Below the pieces are notes generated by a model. The model worked only from the letters and a program-made list of their open reading frames with translations. It made no database searches and had not been told where the DNA came from. DNA of 64,000 nucleotides from the NCBI GenBank assembly GCA_964291625.2, contig OZ220090.1, forward strand, positions 480,001 through 544,000, read 5' to 3'. Below are positions 56,723 to 64,000 of the stretch, one piece after another (the first letter of the stretch is position 1; every line of letters begins with the position of its first letter). The position numbers and the translations under genes were made by a program. This DNA comes from Candidatus Latescibacterota bacterium (GTDB taxonomy: Bacteria > Latescibacterota > UBA2968 > UBA8231).

Positions 56723-57442
56723 GTGAAGCGGTACTCCCGGAAGCAGGTCGCCCGTACCTTGGCCAAGTACGATCTCGACGAGGTGGAGATCGTGCTTCGC
56801 CCGGACCTCCGCCTGCGGATGATGCAGACCGCCGACGCCTATGCTCTCCTCGACGACCTGATCGACCGTGACGCCGGGGACCGGGGCTCGACGCGGTTCC
56901 CTTACTGGGCCGAGACCTGGCCCTCGGCGGTGGGGCTCGCGCGCTGGTTCGCCGGGCCGGATGCACCGGCCGCCGACCTGGCCTGCGAGCTGGGTTGCGG
57001 AACCGGCCTTGTAGGCGTGGCCCTGGCGCGGATGGGCTGGCGGATTCGAGCCACCGACTACGTGGAGGACGCCCTCCTCTTCGCCACTCACAACGCGAGC
57101 CGGAACGGCGCAGGCGCCCGGCACAGCGTCTCCTACCTGGACTGGCGCCACCCCGTGGGGGCTCCCTGCCGATGGCTGGTGGGCTCGGATCTCGCCTACG
57201 AGAAGAGCGTCCACCCCCAGCTCGAACGGACGGTCCGCGCCCTGCTCGAGCCCGGTGGACGACTGGTCCTCAGCGATCCCGGGCGTCCGGCGGCGCGACC
57301 CCTGTTGAATGCCCTGGAGGGCGCCGGGTTCCGGCACCGGGTCGAGTCGATGGAGGTGGAATGGAAAGGGGTGGCGCAGACCATCGACATCCACCTCTTC
57401 ATCCGGCCGCCGGAAGCGGGATCTCAGCCGCACAGGACCTGA
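56723..57442 (+). CDS. class I SAM methyltransferase, METTL21/Methyltransf_16-like (putative protein-lysine methyltransferase)
   Basis: PYWAETWPSA, ELGCGTGLVG, ATDY, GSDLAYE, SDPGR. Confidence 0.8.
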   Translation: MKRYSRKQVARTLAKYDLDEVEIVLRPDLRLRMMQTADAYALLDDLIDRDAGDRGSTRFPYWAETWPSAVGLARWFAGPDAPAADLACELGCGTGLVGVALARMGWRIRATDYVEDALLFATHNASRNGAGARHSVSYLDWRHPVGAPCRWLVGSDLAYEKSVHPQLERTVRALLEPGGRLVLSDPGRPAARPLLNALEGAGFRHRVESMEVEWKGVAQTIDIHLFIRPPEAGSQPHRT

Positions 57443-58359
57443 AGGTGGGCGACCACCGAAGTGGCGGTCGCTTCCAGGTCATACCCCCCCTCGAGCAGAC
57501 TGACGAGGCGGCCTTGGCACAGGTCCCGGGCCAGGGAGACGCACTCCTCGGTGAGCCCCGCGAAGCCCTCCCGGGTCATCAGCATCCCCCCAAGGGGGTC
57601 GGAGGCATGGGCATCGAATCCCGCCGACAGGAGCAGGAAGCCCGGCTCGAAGCGCTCGAGGGCCGGGCGCAGCCGCTCCCGGAAGATGCGCCCGTACTCA
57701 CGGTCTCCGGCGCCGGCCGGCAGGGGCACGTTCAGCGTGGTTCCCTCGCCTTCACCGGCCCCGGTCTCCCCGACATGGCCGGTGAAGGGGTAGTGATTCT
57801 GCTGATGGACGCTGAAGTAGAGCACGGATCCGTCTTCGTAGAAGCTGCTCTGGGTGCCGTTGCCGTGATGCACGTCCCAGTCGACGATGCCGACGCGGTC
57901 GACGCCGTGCCTGGCCCGGAGGTGGCGGGCGGCCACGGCGACGTGGTTGAAGAAGCAGAAGCCCATGGCCTGGTCCCGCTCCGCGTGGTGTCCGGGAGGC
58001 CGGTGCAGGCAGAAGGCGTTGGCGGCGGCGCCGGAAAGGACTGCATCGACGGCGGCGAGGCTCGCGCCACTGGCCAGCAGGGCCGCGTCGAAGGTCGAGG
58101 GACCGATGACGGTGTCGGGGGTGGTGGCGAGAAGGCGTCCGGACCCCGAGGCCCGGCGGATGAACTCCACGTGCTCCGGGGAGTGGTTGGCCTCCACGGC
58201 CTCGATGGGAGCCCGGGCCGGCCGGGAGCGGGCAAGCCCCGGCAGCTGGACGGTCTCCAACTCCTCCAGAACCGCCTCCAGCCTCTGGGGACGCTCCGGA
58301 TGGCCGGACCCCATCTCGTGCTCGAGGCAGCCCTCGTGGGTCAGCAGGAGGGTTGCCAC
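57424..58359 (-). CDS. histone deacetylase family protein (class II-like)
   Basis: HPERPQR, RPPGHHA, GFCFFN, DWDVHHGNGTQ, SAGFDAH, LEGGY. Confidence 0.93.
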   Translation of the reverse strand: MATLLLTHEGCLEHEMGSGHPERPQRLEAVLEELETVQLPGLARSRPARAPIEAVEANHSPEHVEFIRRASGSGRLLATTPDTVIGPSTFDAALLASGASLAAVDAVLSGAAANAFCLHRPPGHHAERDQAMGFCFFNHVAVAARHLRARHGVDRVGIVDWDVHHGNGTQSSFYEDGSVLYFSVHQQNHYPFTGHVGETGAGEGEGTTLNVPLPAGAGDREYGRIFRERLRPALERFEPGFLLLSAGFDAHASDPLGGMLMTREGFAGLTEECVSLARDLCQGRLVSLLEGGYDLEATATSVVAHLQVLCG

Positions 58360-58360
58360 T

Positions 58361-58834
58361 TCAGACGGCCCCGGCCAGGCGGATCGCCTCGGCGCCGAGG
58401 ACGCGGATGTCCTCGGCGATCTCCGCTCCCTCCAGATCGGCGACGGTACACCAGCGGAAGCGACCCGCCTCGCGCCGGTCGATGCGCGGCTCGGTGTCAT
58501 CCGAGCTCCGGGCGACGTAGATCAGGTCGATGTGCTGGTGACCCGGCTCGATGTCCTCCAGGAGGATGCACCAGGGCGAGTGCAGGACCCGCACCGACCC
58601 CAGCACTCCGGCCGAGCGACCCGTGTCCACCAGTTCGACGGTCAGCCCGCACTCCTCGAGGACTTCACGGAGGGCCGCCGCCTCGGGCAACTCCCCGGAA
58701 TCGATATGGCCTCCGGGCGGAAGCCAGGCTCCCATCTTGTTGTGCCACAGCAGAAGGGTCCGCTGCCCCCGGACCACGAAGGTGGTGGCCGTGAAGTCTC
58801 TCGTGGGTTCGTCCGGAACGGAAGAGGGCGGCAA
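58361..58834 (-). CDS. NUDIX hydrolase
   Basis: WLPPGGHIDSGELPEAAALREVLEECGL Nudix box, HQHIDLIY; TTG start inferred. Confidence 0.85.
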   Translation of the reverse strand: MPPSSVPDEPTRDFTATTFVVRGQRTLLLWHNKMGAWLPPGGHIDSGELPEAAALREVLEECGLTVELVDTGRSAGVLGSVRVLHSPWCILLEDIEPGHQHIDLIYVARSSDDTEPRIDRREAGRFRWCTVADLEGAEIAEDIRVLGAEAIRLAGAV

Positions 58835-59051
58835 GGCATCTCCGTTGGCAAGGGGTGCGGTGCCGGAATCTATTTGAGGCGGTTGCCGCGGCAACCTCGG
58901 CGTCGGCGATCGGCGCCCCCCGCGCCCCCCGGGAACTCGGCCGGCTTCCGAAGGTTGGGCGCCTCGCCTATTTTCCGTGGCCGGGCATCCCGCCCGCAAT
59001 GTCACTGGCCCGCAGGATTCGAGACGACAGGGAAGACGGAGACGGCAGCCC

Positions 59052-60289
59052 ATGGCAACGGAAGTGGTCATGCCCAAGCTGGGCCTGACGATGGAGCGGG
59101 GCACCATCGGCAGTTGGCTCAAAGGCGTCGGCGATCCAGTAGATCGCGGGGAGCCGCTGCTGGAGGTGGTCACCGACAAGGTGACGATGGAGGTCGAGGC
59201 GCAGGCCTCCGGCGTGCTGCGGCGGATCCTCGTGCCCGAGGGCGAGGAGGTGGAGGTAGCGACGCCGATCGCCTTGATCGCGGCCCCTGAGGAGGATCTC
59301 TCCGCTTTCGAGGCCGCCCCGGAGCCCGCGGCGGCCCCACCCCGCCCGGATCCGCCCCCGGCGCCGCTACCGGAGGTTGCCCCCCAAAGCCCCGCCGCCC
59401 GACCGGAGCGGGTGGCCGCCTCCGAGGGGGGGGCCGTGCCACCCGCCCCCGAGGTCGGCGGGCGTCCGCACCGCGCTTCGCCCAAGGCCCGCAGACTGGC
59501 TGCCGAGAGGGGGATCGACCTGACGGCGGTCACCGGCAGCGGCCCGGGCGGGCGCGTCGTGAGCGCCGACGTGGAGGCCCATCGTCCGGCCACTCCGGCG
59601 CCCTCTCCGGCCCCGCCGGGGGGGAGTTGGTGGAGCTGACCCCGGCCCAGAGAGTCGCCGCCGAGCGACTCACCGCCAGTTACCAGCAGGCCCCTCACAT
59701 CTACCTGGAGATGCAGGTCTCCGCCAACTGGCTCGACCGGCTGAGGCGCGGCTATCAGGCCGAGGGCCGAAGGATCTCCTACAACGACCTGATCCTCAAG
59801 GCCGTCGCCGCCGCCCTCGTCGAGCATCCCCGCCTCAACGCCCACTTCGTCGATGGACGCCTGCAGCAGCACGCCAGCGTCGATCTCGGAATCGCCACCG
59901 ACACCGGGTCCGGCCTGCTGGTACCGGTGCTGCGCGGGGCCCAGGACCTCGACATCGGCCAGATCGCCGCCGAAACCCGGCGCCTCACCGAGGCCGCCCG
60001 CCAGGGGACGATCGGCCTGGACGACCTGCAGGGCGGCGGTTTCACCGTCTCCAATCTGGGCATGTTCGGTCTCTCCCGGTTCACGGCCATCATCAACCCC
60101 CCGCAGGTGGCCATCCTGGCGGTGGGCGCCATCGAACCGCGGGTCGTGGCGGTGGAAGGGGAGGCCATGGCCGTTCGGCCGGCCATGAGCCTCACCCTCT
60201 CGGCCGATCACCGGGCCGTGGACGGGGCCGCCGCCGCCCGCTTCCTGCAGCGTCTCCGCGAGCTCCTCGAGTCCCCCGGCTCGCCTTGA
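59052..60289 (+). pseudogene. dihydrolipoamide acyltransferase (E2), split by a frameshift at a G7 run (59618-59624)
   Basis: Lipoyl domain (TDKV) and E3-binding domain (ASPKARRLA) end at TGA 59639; the catalytic domain (FTVSNLGMFG, IINPPQ, DHRAVDG) continues in another frame to 60289. Confidence 0.8.
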
Positions 60290-60314
60290 CCTGGACAGGG
60301 GGGCCCGTTATCTT
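60286..60314 (+). promoter_or_regulatory. putative promoter of ftsH
   Basis: TTGACC-17 bp-TATCTT. Confidence 0.5.
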
Positions 60315-60384
60315 CGCCCGACAGGCCATAACTCATTTTTTTCCAATACGTTAGGAGCCGCCTGCGCCTGGGGCGTCAGGACCG

Positions 60385-62346
60385 ATGCGACTCGATCGAA
60401 AGACCCAGCTGACCATCGCCTACGCGATTCTCGCCGTCCTCCTCCTCCTGGTCATGCAGTCCTACTTGGAGGGCCAGGTCGACACGGTGAAATACAGCGA
60501 GTTCCGCCAGTGGCTGGTGGATGGCCGCATCGTGGAGTGTTCGGTCGGAAGGGACGAGATCAGCGGCAAGTACCTCTCCGGCGGTGGGGATCAGACCCGG
60601 GGCTTCACCGTGACCAAGGTCGAGGACCCCGAGCTGGTCAAACTCCTGCAGGAGCATGTGCCCAACTATTCCGGCAAGCGCGAGTCGGCGCTGATCAGCT
60701 CGCTGCTCGGATGGGTCCTGCCGCTCATGTTCTTCGTCGCCATCTGGATGTTCATGGCCCGGCGTCTCGGGGGCGGCTCCGGCGGCCTCATGTCGATCGG
60801 GAAGAGCAAGGCCAAGGTCTACATGGAGAAGGGCACGGGGATCACCTTCGCCGATGTGGCCGGTATCGACGAGGCCAAGGAGGAGCTCCAGGAGGTCGTC
60901 GAGTTCCTCCGGACACCCGAGCGCTTCCAGGCCCTGGGGGGGAAGATCCCCCGGGGGGTGCTGCTCGTGGGATCGCCGGGGACCGGCAAGACCCTGCTGG
61001 CCAAGGCGGTGGCCGGCGAGGCCGGTGTGCCCTTCTTCTCAATCAGCGGCTCCGACTTCGTGGAGATGTTCGTCGGTGTCGGGGCCGCCCGGGTCCGGGA
61101 CCTCTTCGAGCAGGCCACGAAGCACGCTCCCGCCATCATCTTCATCGACGAGCTCGACGCCCTCGGCAAGGCCCGCGGCGTCGGCTCCATGGGCGGGCAC
61201 GACGAGCGCGAGCAGACCCTCAACCAGCTGCTCACCGAGCTCGACGGGTTCGACACCAATGCCGGCATCATCCTGATGGCGGCGACCAATCGACCCGAGA
61301 TCCTCGATCCGGCCCTGCTGCGCCCCGGCCGCTTCGACCGCACCGTCACCGTCGACCGCCCCGACGTGGGTGGCCGGGAGGCGATTCTGCGTATCCACGC
61401 CCGGGAGGTGAAGCTGGCCGCGGACGTCGATCTCCATCGGCTGGCGGTGCGCACGCCCGGGTTCGCGGGCGCCGATCTGGCCAACGTGGTCAACGAGGCC
61501 GCCCTGCTGGCGGCGCGGCGCAACAAGGAAGCGATCACGATGGAGGAGCTGTCCGAGGCCGTGGAGCGGGCCGTGGCCGGGCTGGAGAGGAAGAGCCGCG
61601 TCCTCAACGAGAAGGAACGCCGCATCGTCGCCTACCACGAGGCCGGCCACGCCATCGTCGGCGAGCTCGTCGACGAGGCGAACCCGGTGCAGAAGATCTC
61701 CATCATCCCGCGGGGGGTGGCAGCCCTCGGATACACCCTCAACTCGCCGGCGGAGGACCGCTACCTGGCGACGAAGGACGAGCTGAAGGCCCAGATCTGC
61801 GGACTCCTGGGAGGGCGGGCGGCGGAGGAGATCGTCTTCGGCGAGATCTCCACGGGGGCCTCCGGGGACCTGGCCCGGGCTACCCAGGTGGCCGAGAGCA
61901 TGGTCAAGGAGTACGGCATGAGCCCGGCCCTCGGCCTGGCGGCGCACCGGGAGGAACGCAGTCCGAACCAGGTCCTCGGCATGCCCGTCAACGACCGCAG
62001 CTACAGCGAGGAGACGGCGCGCCGGATCGACGAGGAGGTCACGGCCATCCTCGACGACGGCTATGGGAGGGCCAAGGGCATCCTGGAGGAGCACCGGGAA
62101 ACACTCGAGGGCGTCGTGCAGGTGCTCTTTGAACGGGAGACCATGGAGGGGACCGATCTTCGGAAGATGCTCGGAAAGCCCGAGGCCCCGGAGGGGAAGG
62201 CGGACAACTACCCCACCCCGGCCGCAGAGAAGGACGCCGGCGACACGCCGTCCATCAGCGGGGCGCCGGTGCCCGCGCCCTCACGGGCCCCGGCCACCGG
62301 AGGCCCTCCGCCAGGCCCGGTCTCGCCGGAAAGCGGAGCCACCTGA
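60385..62346 (+). CDS. ftsH: ATP-dependent zinc metalloprotease FtsH
   Basis: Two [49 protein letters not shown]. Confidence 0.96.
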   Translation: MRLDRKTQLTIAYAILAVLLLLVMQSYLEGQVDTVKYSEFRQWLVDGRIVECSVGRDEISGKYLSGGGDQTRGFTVTKVEDPELVKLLQEHVPNYSGKRESALISSLLGWVLPLMFFVAIWMFMARRLGGGSGGLMSIGKSKAKVYMEKGTGITFADVAGIDEAKEELQEVVEFLRTPERFQALGGKIPRGVLLVGSPGTGKTLLAKAVAGEAGVPFFSISGSDFVEMFVGVGAARVRDLFEQATKHAPAIIFIDELDALGKARGVGSMGGHDEREQTLNQLLTELDGFDTNAGIILMAATNRPEILDPALLRPGRFDRTVTVDRPDVGGREAILRIHAREVKLAADVDLHRLAVRTPGFAGADLANVVNEAALLAARRNKEAITMEELSEAVERAVAGLERKSRVLNEKERRIVAYHEAGHAIVGELVDEANPVQKISIIPRGVAALGYTLNSPAEDRYLATKDELKAQICGLLGGRAAEEIVFGEISTGASGDLARATQVAESMVKEYGMSPALGLAAHREERSPNQVLGMPVNDRSYSEETARRIDEEVTAILDDGYGRAKGILEEHRETLEGVVQVLFERETMEGTDLRKMLGKPEAPEGKADNYPTPAAEKDAGDTPSISGAPVPAPSRAPATGGPPPGPVSPESGAT

Positions 62347-62391
62347 GCCAGGTGTCGTCGGCCGTCTCCGCCGCAGCGATGGCCGCATCCC

Positions 62392-62856
62392 TCACCTCTG
62401 CCCGGTAGCGATCACCTCCAGCTCCACCGGGGCCCCAAGAGGCAGCGACCCGACACCCACGGCGACCCGGGCGTGGACCCCCGACTCACCCAGCACATCG
62501 GCCATCAGCTCGGAGGCGCCGTCGACGACCTGCGCCTGTCCCTCGAAGCCGTCGGCGCTGGCCACGTACCCGGTCATGCGCACGATTCGTGTCCGGTCGA
62601 GATCGTATCCCTCGGCTGCGAGCACCCCCAGGGCGTTCAGTGCGCACTGCCGGGCCGCCTCGCGCCCGGCCTCCACCGGCAGGCCACCGTCGCCGACCAC
62701 CCCCTGGACGATCATGCGCCCGTCGGCCAGGGGCAGCTGGCCGGCGACGAAGACCAGGCCCGCGGCTTCCACGGCCCGCCTGTAGGCCCCCGCGGGCGCG
62801 GGGGGAGAGGGCAGGGTGAGGTCCATCTCTTGCAGTCGATGGCGGGCGCGGGACAT
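62392..62856 (-). CDS. RidA/YjgF/UK114 family protein
   Basis: FVAGQLP, GASE, HARVAVGVGSLPLGAPVELE; GGAGG-like RBS before ATG 62856. Confidence 0.88.
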   Translation of the reverse strand: MSRARHRLQEMDLTLPSPPAPAGAYRRAVEAAGLVFVAGQLPLADGRMIVQGVVGDGGLPVEAGREAARQCALNALGVLAAEGYDLDRTRIVRMTGYVASADGFEGQAQVVDGASELMADVLGESGVHARVAVGVGSLPLGAPVELEVIATGQR

Positions 62857-62994
62857 CCTCGGCCTCCTGTGCGGGGTGAGCTGAGGCAGGCAATATAGCG
62901 CTCCATGGCAGTCCGGCACGGTCCGTCTGGACGCGTTGACCGACGGGGAGGACCTGGCTTAGGCTATGCCGCCCCGAAAGGAGAGGCAGGACCT

Positions 62995-63759
62995 ATGTGC
63001 GCATCCGTCATCGGAGCTCAGCTCTACACCGTGAGGGACTTCCTCAAGACCCCGGCCGAGATCCGCGACAGCTTCCGGCGAGTGGCCGACATCGGCTACG
63101 AGGCCGTGCAGTGCTCGGGTCTCGGGCCGATCGATGCGGCGGAGCTGAGAGCCGTCGCCGACGAAGCGGGCCTCGAGATCGCGGCGACCCACACCGACTT
63201 CGACCGCATCCGCCGCGAGCCTGGGCAGGTGATCGAGGAGCACCGGGCCTGGGGGTGCCGGCACGTGGCCATCGGCGGCATGCCGGGGGAGTATCGGAGC
63301 GCGGAGGGATTCAGCCGCTTTGCCCGGGAGGCCTCGGTAGCGGTGCGGCCGCTGATCGACGCCGGACTCACCTTCAGCTACCACAACCACAGCTTCGAAC
63401 TCGAGCGTTTCGGCGACCGCACGGGCCTGCAGATCCTCGTCGAAGAGAGCGACCCGGATACGTTCTCCTTCGAGGTCGACACCTACTGGATCCAGCACGG
63501 GGGCGGCAATCCGGTCACCTGGCTCGAGCGCCTGAAGGACCGAATGCACATCGTACACCTGAAGGACCTGGCCATGAAGGGCACGGAGCAGCGCTTCGCC
63601 GAGGTGGGGGAGGGCAACCTGGAATGGCCCGCCATCCTCGCCGCCTGCCAGTCCGCCGACGTCGAGTGGTACCTGATCGAGCAGGACCGCTGCGACGGCG
63701 ACCCCTTCGACAGTCTCGCCACCAGCCTCGGCAACCTGCGGGCCATGGGGCTGCACTAG
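62995..63759 (+). CDS. sugar phosphate isomerase/epimerase family protein
   Basis: GAQLYTVR, YHNHSFE, EVDTYW, HLKD, EVGEG, IEQD. Confidence 0.9.
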   Translation: MCASVIGAQLYTVRDFLKTPAEIRDSFRRVADIGYEAVQCSGLGPIDAAELRAVADEAGLEIAATHTDFDRIRREPGQVIEEHRAWGCRHVAIGGMPGEYRSAEGFSRFAREASVAVRPLIDAGLTFSYHNHSFELERFGDRTGLQILVEESDPDTFSFEVDTYWIQHGGGNPVTWLERLKDRMHIVHLKDLAMKGTEQRFAEVGEGNLEWPAILAACQSADVEWYLIEQDRCDGDPFDSLATSLGNLRAMGLH

Positions 63760-63762
63760 CCG

Positions 63763-64000
63763 ATGAGCACCCCCGACAGGTGCACCGAGCTGCAGATCCC
63801 CTGGGCGGCTTGGTACGGCAAGGAGCCGCTGAGTCTCCGCCTTCCCGAGAGCTGGGAGGTCACGGTCCGGCGGATGCGCGGGGGGCCGGACATCGGCGAC
63901 GCCGGGATCCGCCGGGCCCTGGCCGGGCCGATCGGGGCGCTCCCTCTGCGGGAGCACGCCAGGGGCCGGTCCAGCGCCGCGATTCTGGTGGACGATCTGT
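63763..64000 (+). CDS. lactate racemase LarA-family (DUF2088) protein, N-terminal part, runs off the window
   Basis: Own translation: MSTPD...WYG..LSLRLPESWEV...IRRALAGPIG..PLREHARGRSSAAILVDDL. Confidence 0.7.
   Translation, partial: MSTPDRCTELQIPWAAWYGKEPLSLRLPESWEVTVRRMRGGPDIGDAGIRRALAGPIGALPLREHARGRSSAAILVDDL

Noticed and set aside
62180-62346. Pro/Ala-rich C-terminal tail of FtsH
   Set aside because: Low-complexity tails are common on FtsH; no repeat unit or extra domain is visible

Overview
A GC-rich (roughly 70%), gene-dense bacterial chromosome window. I find about 55 protein genes, two tRNAs (tRNA-Asn GUU at 83-158; initiator tRNA-fMet CAU at 42596-42672, minus) and no transposase, integrase, phage gene, rRNA or CRISPR array. 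The left 40 kb is mostly accessory metabolism: a surface-glycan trio (DegT aminotransferase, Asn-synthetase-like amidoligase, Wzx flippase), a sugar/sugar-acid catabolic operon (FGGY kinase, SSS symporter, enolase-family enzyme, divergent GHMP kinase, CoA transferase, tandem DUF5069-like protein), plus many oxidoreductases, cupins and hydrolases. The right part is more core: phoH-pgpH-ybeY-corC-(tRNA-fMet, sigma region-4-only gene)-lnt, a lipoprotein/LysM pair, aspS, a CysM-JAMM-sulfur-carrier trio, rpsT, MocA/XdhC, a lysine methyltransferase facing a deacetylase, a frameshifted E2 gene, ftsH and a partial larA-like gene. The gene content is suggestive of a diderm FCB-group lineage such as Latescibacterota (inference only). 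The best leads are the stand-alone sigma-4 gene inside the corC-lnt operon, the sulfur carrier with a masked GG terminus beside its JAMM protease, the divergent GHMP-kinase operon, the coiled-coil lipoprotein + double-LysM pair, the G7 frameshift in E2 and an AT-rich rare-codon patch in aspS. All family calls come from motif recognition by eye; no searches were run.
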